A stretch of DNA of 45,275 nt from Nanobdellota archaeon (lineage in GTDB: Archaea; Nanobdellota; Nanobdellia; SCGC-AAA011-G17; GW2011-AR17), in the NCBI GenBank assembly GCA_013329215.1, contig DUKS01000029.1:426-45700 (forward strand), given 5' to 3'. Shown here piece by piece: positions 1 to 9,069 of the stretch. The stretch's first letter is position 1, and each line of letters opens with the position of its first letter. Made by a program: the position numbers and the translations under genes. Below the pieces are notes generated by a model. That model saw nothing but the letters and a program-made list of their open reading frames with translations, ran no database searches and was not told the DNA's origin.

Positions 1-320
1 TAAAAGGGTTCGTGAGCTGGGTTAAGAACGTCGTGAGACAGTTTGTATGATATCTACTGGAGATGTAAATGGTCTGAGGGGAAGGATCGCGTAGTACGAG
101 AGGAACCGCGGACCGTGGCCACTGGTCCATCGGTTGTCCGACAGGGCAGGCCGAGCAGCTACGCCACAAGCCATAAATCCTGAAAGCATCTAAGGATGAA
201 AGGCGCCTCAAAAAGAGACCAAGAGTGCCTGAAGAACACAGGCTTGATAGGACTGGAGTGTAAGCACGAAGCTTCGGCGACGTGTTCAGCTCGCAGTTAC
301 TAAACTCTCGTTTTGATCTA
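1..320 (+). rRNA. rrl: 23S rRNA, 3' terminal part (runs off window start)
   Basis: Contains GTGAGCTGGGTT..GAACGTCGTGAGACAG (domain V), the sarcin-ricin loop AGTACGAGAGGAAC (~93-106), TGAAAGCATCTAAG and TTGATAGG..GGAGTGTAAGC. The 3' end is approximate. Confidence 0.95.
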
Positions 321-502
321 GACTGCTTTGCCTATGCATGGCATTCCTTTTTTTACTAATTCTTATGCCATTCATGGGAACAGCGTGAGCTCTATTCGTA
401 GAAGGCGGAGCTCCGCTGTGAACTCTCTTACTCTTATGTGTTTCTTTGCACTGCTTTGCCTGCTCAGATACTTATTTAAGCGGATTTCGGCATTAAGGGA
501 TA

Positions 503-1693
503 ATGCTATTCAAAAAAGGCGAGCTGAAAGAATTGTGGCCCTTCTATTTATATTACTTGATTTTCGGGCTTTCATCCCTGATAATGCCTTTCATGATAAT
601 TTACTTCAGGGACCTGAATTTTTCATTCCTGCAAATTGCAATAATAATTTCAGGGTTCAGCATAGGGCAGTTTTTGTTTGAAGTGCCAACAGGTGCTTTT
701 GCAGATGGATTGAGCAGGAAAGTCTCGGTAATTATCGGCTTTCTGATGAATGCATTTGCAATCTTATTATTCCCATTGTTTGACAGCCCCTACGCCTTAT
801 TTGCGCTTTGGACATTTTCAGGGATAGGAATGAGCTTTATTAGCGGAGCAGAAGAAGCATGGGTTGTTGACAATCTTCATAAGGCAAAAAAGAAAGAGCT
901 GCAGCAGGAATATTTTATCAAAGCCGCAAGCATTGCTGCATTTGGGGCAATATTTGCTCCCCTGCTCGGCGCGCTTTTTGTCAAATCACATCCAATTAAG
1001 TGGCTTTGGCTTATTTTCGGGGCAGGATTTTTGATAAATGCAATAATCCTGTCTGTTTTTGCAAAGGAGCTTTACAAGCCGAAACGCGTCAGCTTTTTGA
1101 AAAGCCTTAAAGAGACGTTTAAGAACGGTGCAAAGGGGATAAAGTTTACATTTAGTCATAAGGTTATTCTGCTGCTGGTGTTAGGGGGGGCTTTTGCTAT
1201 TTTTATGGAATTTGCATCTGACGGCTGGCAGCCTCTTTTGGTTAATTTGTCAATGCCGAAATACGGGCTGGGCATTATGTTTTCTGTTGTGGCTGCTGTT
1301 TCAATGGTAGTGCCTTTTTTGTCAAGGCTTTTGCTTAGATTTAAGATAAAGAATGTGATAGCAATTACTATTTTATTAAATATGATTTTATTATTTTCAC
1401 TGATATTCCTATCCCCTCCAATGTTCATGGTTGCAGCTATAATCTTCGTATTTAACAATGGGATTTGGTATTTGAATAACCCGCTTTTGCAATCTTATCT
1501 TCATAAATTTATTCCTACAAAAATAAGGGCAACAGTTATTTCTACGAAAAGTATGTTCAATAAGCTGGTTATAATCTTAGGTTCGCTTGCAGCAGGCGTA
1601 TTGATGGACTATTTTGGTCCGCAAAAGGTAATTGCCTTTGGCGGCTTCTTTGGCATTTTTGCAATATGGTGCTATCTTAAGATAAAGGACTGA
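503..1693 (+). CDS. MFS transporter
   Basis: 396 aa with ~12 hydrophobic segments. MFS motif-A-like 'EVPTGAFADGLSRK' and the typical 'SGAEEAWVVD' and 'IPTKIRATVIS' segments. Confidence 0.9.
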   Translation: MLFKKGELKELWPFYLYYLIFGLSSLIMPFMIIYFRDLNFSFLQIAIIISGFSIGQFLFEVPTGAFADGLSRKVSVIIGFLMNAFAILLFPLFDSPYALFALWTFSGIGMSFISGAEEAWVVDNLHKAKKKELQQEYFIKAASIAAFGAIFAPLLGALFVKSHPIKWLWLIFGAGFLINAIILSVFAKELYKPKRVSFLKSLKETFKNGAKGIKFTFSHKVILLLVLGGAFAIFMEFASDGWQPLLVNLSMPKYGLGIMFSVVAAVSMVVPFLSRLLLRFKIKNVIAITILLNMILLFSLIFLSPPMFMVAAIIFVFNNGIWYLNNPLLQSYLHKFIPTKIRATVISTKSMFNKLVIILGSLAAGVLMDYFGPQKVIAFGGFFGIFAIWCYLKIKD

Positions 1694-1771
1694 TTCACGC
1701 CGGCAGGCTGGCTTTCTTATCGGCTTTTCTTCACAAACGCTTATATATTACGAAATCATACTATTTGATTT

Positions 1772-2572
1772 ATGACTCCCAAAACCCTTTTGGCGCTTTT
1801 GGCGTCTTCTGCTGTTCCTGCTTTGCCTTATGATGCTTATGCTGATGAAACAGCTGAAGCACCGATATGCGAAAGCCCGAAGGAAACAGAAATTGGCGCA
1901 AATGCCGGCTATGCAATGCTCAACGGGGAGTTCGGGAATACTGACGGAGCGCAGGTTAGGATTGGCGGCAATACATCGCTTTACACTTTTGGTAACGGGC
2001 AGCTGGTGCTTGACAGCAGTTTTATAACTGATTATTTTGGCTATGAAGGCAATGGCGTCCAAAAAGATTCCCTTACAGATGCTTACGCGCTTGTGATGTA
2101 CAACGGCTTTGAAGGCTACAGCGTTGGCGGCGGGATTAACCTTTTTTTCTTTGACGGCTCAGGTATGTACGCCTCTGGCCAGCCCATGGAGTTGACTGAT
2201 TATGCGATAGGCCCATCGCTTCGCGGCACAATCATTGCAGACCCTGTTAAGCTGGTTCTTGACTATTCGCTTGGCTTTGGCCAGTTGGGCAGCAACAGGG
2301 CTGACCTGGATTTCCTTTTAAAGAACAGGCTCGGGATAAACCTGGGCATTGGGTATGAAGGGTTTTCAGCTGATGTTTACACTGACCTTATCTTTAATTA
2401 TATGCCTTACAGCGAAGATTCCTCTTTTGAGCTTAAGTATGGCCTGCGCGTAGGATACGGGTTCATTGATTTCATGGCTGCCAATGCTTTTTACGAGCAT
2501 GCGGAATTTTACGGTATTGAGGCGAGGGACAGCGCAGATGCAGTTGGCGGCGGGTTCTCGCTGTTTTTCTGA
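1772..2572 (+). CDS. Secreted protein with outer-membrane beta-barrel-like pattern
   Basis: Signal-peptide-like N-terminus, ~12 amphipathic Gly/aromatic-rich strands, C-terminal ...GGGFSLFF. TATA-like TTATATAT at 1741-1748. Confidence 0.6.
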   Translation: MTPKTLLALLASSAVPALPYDAYADETAEAPICESPKETEIGANAGYAMLNGEFGNTDGAQVRIGGNTSLYTFGNGQLVLDSSFITDYFGYEGNGVQKDSLTDAYALVMYNGFEGYSVGGGINLFFFDGSGMYASGQPMELTDYAIGPSLRGTIIADPVKLVLDYSLGFGQLGSNRADLDFLLKNRLGINLGIGYEGFSADVYTDLIFNYMPYSEDSSFELKYGLRVGYGFIDFMAANAFYEHAEFYGIEARDSADAVGGGFSLFF

Positions 2573-2712
2573 TATTGCCTATATTATCTATTCTCACGTA
2601 GCAAAAATGCGAAAGCTTTATAAAGTAAGGGCAAATCAGGCAATACAAGGCATTGCCACTAATGTTCCAGGCCTCTCTTCGCCTGGCTCGAGAGGCATAC
2701 GGGGGTTGTAAC

Positions 2713-3948
2713 ATGAAACGAATAGTACTGATATTGGTCTTACCGATAGTGTTTTTTATAATGCTGAATGCTGTTTTTGCAGCTGATTATTCTATTGACA
2801 AGGTTAAAATCAACGGCATGGAAGCGGGCTCTGAACAGATTGCCCTGCAGATTGGAAGCACTGTGCAGGTTGATGTTGTTGTTGAAGGGCTGGGAGCAAA
2901 AAAAGACGTCAAGGCAAAGGCATGGATTGGCGGCTATGAATATGAGGATATCATAGCTGAAACAGAACTGTTTGAAGTCAGGAGCGGAATAACTTACAGG
3001 AAAGAGCTTTCGCTTGAGCTTCCGAGGGACATGGAAGTTACTGAAAATCACACTTATGCGCTTCACGTTGAAGTCAGGGACAGAAACAATTACATTGAAA
3101 GGACATTCACTGTTTTTCTTGAGCCGAAAAGGCACGATGTGAACATACAGGATGTTATTGTCAGGCCGTCAACAATGACAGAGGCAGGCAAGACAATAGG
3201 GGTGCAGGCAAGGATTGAGAATTTCGGCGAAAAGACAGAGAAGAACATAAAAGTGGAAGTGTTTTTGCCGCAGTTTGGCGCTTCTTCAAGCACTTACATT
3301 GACTCGCTTGACCCGTATGAAGGCGAAGACACAACAGAAAGCACAAGCTTCATGATGCTTACAATACCTTCTGACCTGCCGACAGGGGATTACCAGCTTA
3401 AGGTCAAGGCAACTTATGCTTCAGGCCACAGCGAGGTTACTGCAACAAGGAACATTTATGTCAAGGGAAAGGATGCCGATGAAACATTTGCAGAAGATCT
3501 TGCAAGGGAATCAATAGCGTCTATCACATTAAAGAAACAGCTTTTGGTTGGCCAGATTTCGCAGTTCAAGGTTGCTGTTGCAAACATAGGCAGCGCAAAG
3601 AAAACATATTCAGTTGACATACCCAATCTTTCATGGGCAACATTTGACATCAGCCCTGCAAAGCTCGAGCTTTCGCCAGGGGATGCAAGTGAGTTTGTTG
3701 TGCGGGTTCTTCCGTCTGTTGTGGGCGTGCAGCAGGTAACAGTGAAGGTTAAGGAAGGCAGTTCAATAATCAAGGAAGATTCAGTCGGGCTTGAGGTTGT
3801 AAAGCCTGAAGAGCAAAGCAAGACAATGGAAAAGCTGAATACAGCACTGAAAGGCGTGAACGGAAAAGTCATACTGCTGGTGCTTTTGGGTGTTTTGGTG
3901 CTTGCGCTCTTAATAGCATTCATAGCAGGGACGAGACCGAAGTATTAG
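2713..3948 (+). CDS. Cell-surface protein with CARDB/Ig-like domains and C-terminal TM anchor
   Basis: Signal peptide MKRIVLILVLP...VFA, beta-rich repeats (e.g. VQARIENFGEKTEKNIKVEV), C-terminal hydrophobic helix. Start moved to ATG 2713. Confidence 0.75.
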   Translation: MKRIVLILVLPIVFFIMLNAVFAADYSIDKVKINGMEAGSEQIALQIGSTVQVDVVVEGLGAKKDVKAKAWIGGYEYEDIIAETELFEVRSGITYRKELSLELPRDMEVTENHTYALHVEVRDRNNYIERTFTVFLEPKRHDVNIQDVIVRPSTMTEAGKTIGVQARIENFGEKTEKNIKVEVFLPQFGASSSTYIDSLDPYEGEDTTESTSFMMLTIPSDLPTGDYQLKVKATYASGHSEVTATRNIYVKGKDADETFAEDLARESIASITLKKQLLVGQISQFKVAVANIGSAKKTYSVDIPNLSWATFDISPAKLELSPGDASEFVVRVLPSVVGVQQVTVKVKEGSSIIKEDSVGLEVVKPEEQSKTMEKLNTALKGVNGKVILLVLLGVLVLALLIAFIAGTRPKY

Positions 3949-4050
3949 CGTGGCAAGTAGCTAGTGGCTATTGGCCGGCAATAGATAGTAAGGAGGCAAA
4001 GCAGAACTTTTGTTCTGGGCCTCCTTTCGTAAACTCAGGAGGCAAACAAA

Positions 4051-4497
4051 ATGAGAACACTTGCAGAATTAGCGTGTATCGCTTCTTTGGGATTAGCCGC
4101 TGGATGCGGCGATGACACTTATATTCCTGCTGATGCAGACACAACAGAGGAAACAGCAGCGGGCTTCACGTTTGAAGGAAAAGCAGCCTACTGCGTAAGC
4201 CACAGGGATGAGATGTCAACATGCGTTCATCCATATGCTGACCTGCTGATATGGGGAGGCAATGGCGTCTCAAAGGCATGGGCCAATGCTTACAGGGATG
4301 GCGAGGCTCCTGTAAAAATTTCTGAAAGGGCAGCAGACGGCAATCCAATGCATTATGCGATTGACACTGACCTCTGTATACGGGGCAGCGTGAATGGCGT
4401 AGGCATCACTGCAGAAGACAGCGAAGGCGGGCAGGGCGCATACCCAGTTGAAGAAGTTGATTGCGAAACACTTGACGCAATGATTGCAGGGCCGTAA
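4051..4497 (+). CDS. Acidic lipoprotein-like secreted protein
   Basis: Lipobox-like LAAG/C followed by GDD; SD AGGAGG at 4037-4042. Confidence 0.6.
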   Translation: MRTLAELACIASLGLAAGCGDDTYIPADADTTEETAAGFTFEGKAAYCVSHRDEMSTCVHPYADLLIWGGNGVSKAWANAYRDGEAPVKISERAADGNPMHYAIDTDLCIRGSVNGVGITAEDSEGGQGAYPVEEVDCETLDAMIAGP

Positions 4498-4506
4498 TCT
4501 TCTATT

Positions 4507-5511
4507 TTATCTGTTTTTCAACAGTTCAAGAAATAATTCCAGGTCATTCTTCTCGAGCGTAAAACCGCCTGCTTTCTCATGGCCGCCGCCGATGAATGTC
4601 TTTATGTCTTTTTCAAATCCCTCTAGGAATTTGCCTGCGTCAAAATCCAAATTATCATGCACGCGCATGCTGCCAATCACTAAATGCTCTACAATGTTCA
4701 TCACAATAATAGGCCTTTCTGGCTTTATCAGCTTTGCAGCAAGAACACCCTGTATGTTCCTTGGCTCTGCAATGATGGCGCAGTCCACTTTGCCTATCTG
4801 CTTTACCTCAGGCTGCTTGCTGTAGTCGTTCTTAAGCATCGCCTTGTACTGCTGCAGCTGTACAGCCAGCGGATGCCTTATGTTTGTGAATGGCTCATAT
4901 GAATCAATACTTTTCAGCAGCTCAAGCGGTATGTCGCCGCTCCAGTTTATCCTTTTGCCTGTGTTCAGCGCGGACACGTGCCTTTCTATTTCAAGAAAAT
5001 ATCCTTCATTGAAATGGCTTTCCTGCTTCTGCATCATGTCAGGCATTGCTTCCATCGCATTGCTTAGCAGCGGCTCCGGTATCGCGTCCCTCTTGCCCCC
5101 ATCGCCAAAATAGCCGACCAGCGTGAGGAACAAAACATACGGGTCTTTGCTGTTTTGCATCAGGCGGTTATAAATCAGTGTTGTTGTTGACACTTCTTTT
5201 TCATCATGTATCACAATGTCAAACTTTTCTGCATTGCTGAACGGGTGGTGGTCGATTAATGCAATCACCCTGCCCTTGCCTGCAATATCCGGAGACGGCT
5301 GGATGTCAGTGCATATTACCACTTCAGCCTCTTTCTCAATATCTTGATCTTCTATAAGAAAAGGCATTCCTTTTGTCTTTGTCCTTACTGTTAATGCATG
5401 CGGCTTCAGTAGATGGTATATTAACGCTGCAGAGCACACGCCGTCGGCGTCCCAGTGCGAGCAAATCTGCACATGCCTGCCTTTGCAGACCTCAATCAAA
5501 GTGTGTTGCAT
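4507..5511 (-). CDS. DHH/DHHA1 phosphoesterase (RecJ-like family)
   Basis: Motifs HWDADG, IDHH and C-terminal GGGHEKAGG. Confidence 0.9.
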   Translation of the reverse strand: MQHTLIEVCKGRHVQICSHWDADGVCSAALIYHLLKPHALTVRTKTKGMPFLIEDQDIEKEAEVVICTDIQPSPDIAGKGRVIALIDHHPFSNAEKFDIVIHDEKEVSTTTLIYNRLMQNSKDPYVLFLTLVGYFGDGGKRDAIPEPLLSNAMEAMPDMMQKQESHFNEGYFLEIERHVSALNTGKRINWSGDIPLELLKSIDSYEPFTNIRHPLAVQLQQYKAMLKNDYSKQPEVKQIGKVDCAIIAEPRNIQGVLAAKLIKPERPIIVMNIVEHLVIGSMRVHDNLDFDAGKFLEGFEKDIKTFIGGGHEKAGGFTLEKNDLELFLELLKNR

Positions 5512-5626
5512 GCGATAAAATAGATAGTGATGATATATAAAAGTATAGGAAGGCCGGCCCCCGGCAGAAAAGAAACAACTCTCTTCTTCTAAAACACTTA
5601 AGCCATTGAAGCTTAGCGGAGCTCGG

Positions 5627-6262
5627 CTATCTCCTATTCTCTACGCCAACTCTCTTGCAGAATTTCTTTATAACGCACTTAGAGCAGAACGGGCTTATGG
5701 GCACGCATACCTGCTGGCCATGCTTTACAAGCAGCTCATTGAGGCCTATCCAGTATTTTTTGGGGATAATCAGCATAAGCACTTTTTCAGTTTCTTCAGG
5801 CGTTTTTGTCTTTACCCACCCGAGCCTGTTTGCAATCCTGTGGCAGTGCGTGTCTATCGGCAGTGCAGGGATATTGAATGCGTGCGTCAATACAATCCCT
5901 GCTGTTTTCCTGCCAACACCCCTGATTTTCAAAAGCTCTTCATAGGTATTTGGGACTTTTCCATCGAAATTGTCAAGCAGGTATTTGCTTATTTCCTTTA
6001 TTCTCCGTGCCTTTGTTATGTAGAAGCCTGACGGGTAGATTGCTTTTTCTATTGTTTTTATAGGAATAGCGAGCATGGCTTTTGGATTGTTTGCCAATTT
6101 TAATAATCTCTTTGCAGCAGGGTAAGTGACTTCATCCTTTGTGCGCTGGCTTAATACGCAGCTTATGAGAACATAGAACGCGCCGTAGTGATGGTCCTTT
6201 GAGAGGAAAAACGTATTCTCATATTGCTTCATCAGCAGCATAATTGCCTGCTCGGTTTGCAT
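5627..6262 (-). CDS. nth: Endonuclease III (HhH-GPD, 4Fe-4S)
   Basis: LSQRTKD, HhH 'LLKIRGVGRKTA', IDTH, and C-x6-C-x2-C-x5-C cluster motif. Confidence 0.95.
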   Translation of the reverse strand: MQTEQAIMLLMKQYENTFFLSKDHHYGAFYVLISCVLSQRTKDEVTYPAAKRLLKLANNPKAMLAIPIKTIEKAIYPSGFYITKARRIKEISKYLLDNFDGKVPNTYEELLKIRGVGRKTAGIVLTHAFNIPALPIDTHCHRIANRLGWVKTKTPEETEKVLMLIIPKKYWIGLNELLVKHGQQVCVPISPFCSKCVIKKFCKRVGVENRR

Positions 6263-7173
6263 TATTTCACTTTCCTGAACTTCGCAACAAAGAACCCTTC
6301 TGTGTCATTGTCCTGCGGCCAAAGCCTTAGGCACTTCTGGACTTCTGAAGAATACTGCCTGCCCTCAAACTCATCAACGCATTTCCCGTGCTTTATGCCC
6401 ATGTTTATTTTTTCAAGCTTTGCATCAGCATGGTTTTCCAAAAGCCAGCTCACGACGCCTTCATCCTCTTCAGGCTCAAGCGTGCATGTGCTGTACACAA
6501 GCGTGCCGTCTTCTTTCAGGCAATTGAATGCAGTGCCCAAGAGCTGCCTCTGTACGCCTGACATCTTCCTTGAAAAGCCCGGATTCCATATCTCTATTGT
6601 CCTGAATGATTTGCGTATAGTGCCTATTCCTGAGCATGGGGCGTCAACAAGGATTTTGTCAAACTGCAAATCCTTAAACCATCTGCCTTCCATCAATGTG
6701 AAAACAGCATTCTTCACGCCGCACCTCTGGAGGTTGAAGCCGAGCGGCTTGAGCCTTGAAAGGTTGTTGTCGTTTGCTATTATCAATCCTGTGTTGTTCA
6801 TAATTGCAGCAATCTGCGATGTCTTTGAGCCCGGCGATGCGCACATGTCAAGCACCATTTCGTCTTCCTTTGGCTGCAGCACAAGCGGCGGTATCATTGA
6901 CGCGGCTCCCTGCACATACATGTAGCCGAGGAAATGCTCCGGAAGGTTTCCAATGCCGTAACCGTCTGCCCAGAACCCTTCCCTGCACCATGGAACCTGG
7001 TTCAGCCTTAACTTGCCATCCATTCTTGCCTTGAAATCCTCTACGCTGCACTTGAGTGTATTTACTCTTAAGGATTTTCTCAGCGGCTTTACTGAAATGC
7101 CAAGAAATGCATCTATGTCAGTAAGCTGCCTGTAGCGCTCTATGAACTTTTCTTTCCACTCGGGGTTTGCCAT
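6262..7173 (-). CDS. RsmB/NOL1/NOP2 family RNA m5C methyltransferase
   Basis: Motifs VLDMCASPGSKT, ILVDAPCSG, LVYSTCTL, GFFVA. Confidence 0.95.
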   Translation of the reverse strand: MANPEWKEKFIERYRQLTDIDAFLGISVKPLRKSLRVNTLKCSVEDFKARMDGKLRLNQVPWCREGFWADGYGIGNLPEHFLGYMYVQGAASMIPPLVLQPKEDEMVLDMCASPGSKTSQIAAIMNNTGLIIANDNNLSRLKPLGFNLQRCGVKNAVFTLMEGRWFKDLQFDKILVDAPCSGIGTIRKSFRTIEIWNPGFSRKMSGVQRQLLGTAFNCLKEDGTLVYSTCTLEPEEDEGVVSWLLENHADAKLEKINMGIKHGKCVDEFEGRQYSSEVQKCLRLWPQDNDTEGFFVAKFRKVK

Positions 7174-7195
7174 ATTTCTTTGTCTATTAGTTAGC

Positions 7196-7203
7196 TTTAT
7201 AAA
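7196..7203. promoter_or_regulatory. Palindromic TATA box (TTTATAAA), probably bidirectional for two leaderless divergent genes
   Basis: Lies 23 nt from the ATG at 7173(-) and 24 nt from the ATG at 7227(+). Confidence 0.55.
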
Positions 7204-7226
7204 GATAATGCTATTCTTAAACAGCT

Positions 7227-7559
7227 ATGTTCCACCCGGGAAAAGTCAGCGTTGTATTCAGGGCAAAAGACAAGGATGTCCATGCCGCGGATGATACTAC
7301 GCAGGCTCTTGTTGAAATGTGGGACGACAACCTGTTTACATGCATGGTTGACCCCAAGATAGCCCCTAAGCTTAAGGAGGGAGACACAGTGCTCGTTGAC
7401 TACAGGCCTGTTTCTGAAAGAAGCGCTGTGCCAAGGCAGGCTGTTTCAAAGATAGTCTACAAGAAAAAAGCTGCGCAGCTGTGGGAGCAGTACGCTGAGT
7501 ACAAAAGGCAGAGAAAGCAGGAAGTTGCCAAGAGCCAGCAGAAAACATATATGGGATAG
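7227..7559 (+). CDS. Hypothetical protein, possibly small OB-fold-like
   Basis: 110-aa ORF with normal codon usage and a promoter; 'LKEGDTVLVDY' strand pattern. Confidence 0.65.
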   Translation: MFHPGKVSVVFRAKDKDVHAADDTTQALVEMWDDNLFTCMVDPKIAPKLKEGDTVLVDYRPVSERSAVPRQAVSKIVYKKKAAQLWEQYAEYKRQRKQEVAKSQQKTYMG

Positions 7560-7691
7560 TTGTTAGTTATTAGCTTGTGAGAGAGCCCGCCTCCGGCAGA
7601 AATTTATTGATTGTCTATTTAATTAACATTAAAAAACTGCGCCGGCCGGTGTCCGCACTTGGGACCGTCCGGCTGCGCTCGTAAAACTCAC

Positions 7692-7763
7692 TGCGCCGAC
7701 CGGGATTCGAACCCGGGTTACAGCCTTGGCAAGGCTGGATTCTAACCACTAAACCACCGGCGC
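7692..7763 (-). tRNA. tRNA-Gly (GCC), no encoded CCA, no intron
   Basis: Reverse complement GCGCCGGTGGTTTAGTGGTTAGAATCCAGCCTTGCCAAGGCTGTAACCCGGGTTCGAATCCCGGTCGGCGCA folds as a cloverleaf with anticodon loop TTGCCAA. Confidence 0.96.
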
Positions 7764-7818
7764 ATTATGCCTTCTACACCAACAAAGATGTATTATTTAT
7801 AAAGATTATGGTAAGAAG

Positions 7819-8412
7819 TCAGGGCATTACCCTTAAGGTTATTACAGGGCAGTTCGGGCAGACGGGCGCGTCCGGTGGGTTGTATGTGCCGCTGTGCTCT
7901 ATTGTAAGGCTGTAAGTGCCTGAGAACGGGCCTGTGAACGGGGAATCAACTATAATGTTTGCCATTGTGCTGTAATCCAGCAGCAGGTTAACCACATATT
8001 CATCAACTATGTTTGTATCCTGCGCAAACAGGTACAATGCGCCTTCCTGGAACAACGGGATGCGCGGCGGGTCAACAAGCGCGGTTTGCGTGAAATCATA
8101 GCTCGGCTCCATAAGCTTTGCCTTTGTCTTCAAAGACCATACCAGAAAACCGTTTTCCTCATCCACCTTGAATTCTCCTGCCTTAACTTCAAACGGTGCA
8201 ATATACCTTCTTGAGCCCGGGCCTTCATTAATAACATTCTTGATGTTGTCATCCAGCGTGAAGAATACTGTTTTTGCCTGCGCAAACGAGTTCTTGTCCT
8301 TCATCTTTTCTATCATCGGGACGCCCGCGGCCAAAACAATAGTAAGGACTATAACGCCCAGTGCCATGTACAAAACAGCTGAAATCCAGATTTGGCCTTT
8401 GTTTGTTCTCAT
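7819..8412 (-). CDS. Pilin-like protein with class III signal peptide
   Basis: KG/QIWISAVLYMALGVIVLTIVL, a prepilin-type N-terminus. Confidence 0.75.
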   Translation of the reverse strand: MRTNKGQIWISAVLYMALGVIVLTIVLAAGVPMIEKMKDKNSFAQAKTVFFTLDDNIKNVINEGPGSRRYIAPFEVKAGEFKVDEENGFLVWSLKTKAKLMEPSYDFTQTALVDPPRIPLFQEGALYLFAQDTNIVDEYVVNLLLDYSTMANIIVDSPFTGPFSGTYSLTIEHSGTYNPPDAPVCPNCPVITLRVMP

Positions 8413-8461
8413 GCGTATCACGTGATTATACTAAAAGAAAAATAAAAAAAAGAAAAGAGGC

Positions 8462-8983
8462 TTATGCGCAGGGTGTTAAAACATCCTCATAGTTTTGGTC
8501 TCCGAAGTAGTCCTTTGTTGCCGCGCAGGTAAGTAATTTTTCACCAACCTTTATTACAGGTATTACTTCTACTAAAGTTACATCGTTAAAATCTATTCCT
8601 GCGCCTGTAAATCCAGTCGGCGATAATGTTACGCTTTTTATACCATAAGCTGGTAAGGGTAAACTTGCGCCTGGGAGGTACAATGGTACTACATTATCTC
8701 CGCTTACATAAAACCTAGCAGATATATTTTGTATATCTTTACTTCCATCATTTTTTACTGTAAGCTTAACGCCTGTAACACCATCAATGCATGCGCCTGA
8801 CAAATCTATTTGAACATCCTGTGCGCACGCCAACTGCTCTTCAGTTGTTGCTTCAGTCGATTTCTGCATCCCTTTAGAGAACGTCGTTCCCCACGTCATT
8901 ATGATAGCTGCAAGAGCTACCGTAAATCCTATTATCAGCACCGTAGCGATTAACGGCGAGATACCCCTCTTAAACATTTTCAT
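8462..8983 (-). CDS. Archaeal type IV pilin/archaellin-like protein
   Basis: KRG/ISPLIATVLIIGFTVALAAII, the canonical archaeal pilin N-terminus. Confidence 0.88.
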   Translation of the reverse strand: MKMFKRGISPLIATVLIIGFTVALAAIIMTWGTTFSKGMQKSTEATTEEQLACAQDVQIDLSGACIDGVTGVKLTVKNDGSKDIQNISARFYVSGDNVVPLYLPGASLPLPAYGIKSVTLSPTGFTGAGIDFNDVTLVEVIPVIKVGEKLLTCAATKDYFGDQNYEDVLTPCA

Positions 8984-9069
8984 ATACTCTACCTCCTTTT
9001 TTAAAGATAATTTTGTTATAGAAAATAAGGGCTTGCGATTATATAAAGGTTTTTATTGGCGCAAAGCGG

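Noticed and set aside
321-500. Possible 5S rRNA or ncRNA after the 23S gene
   Set aside because: No 5S consensus is present. The two hairpins are more simply rRNA processing or terminator stems.
503-1693. MFS transporter as exporter for the RiPP cluster
   Set aside because: It lies more than 15 kb away, with no linkage evidence.
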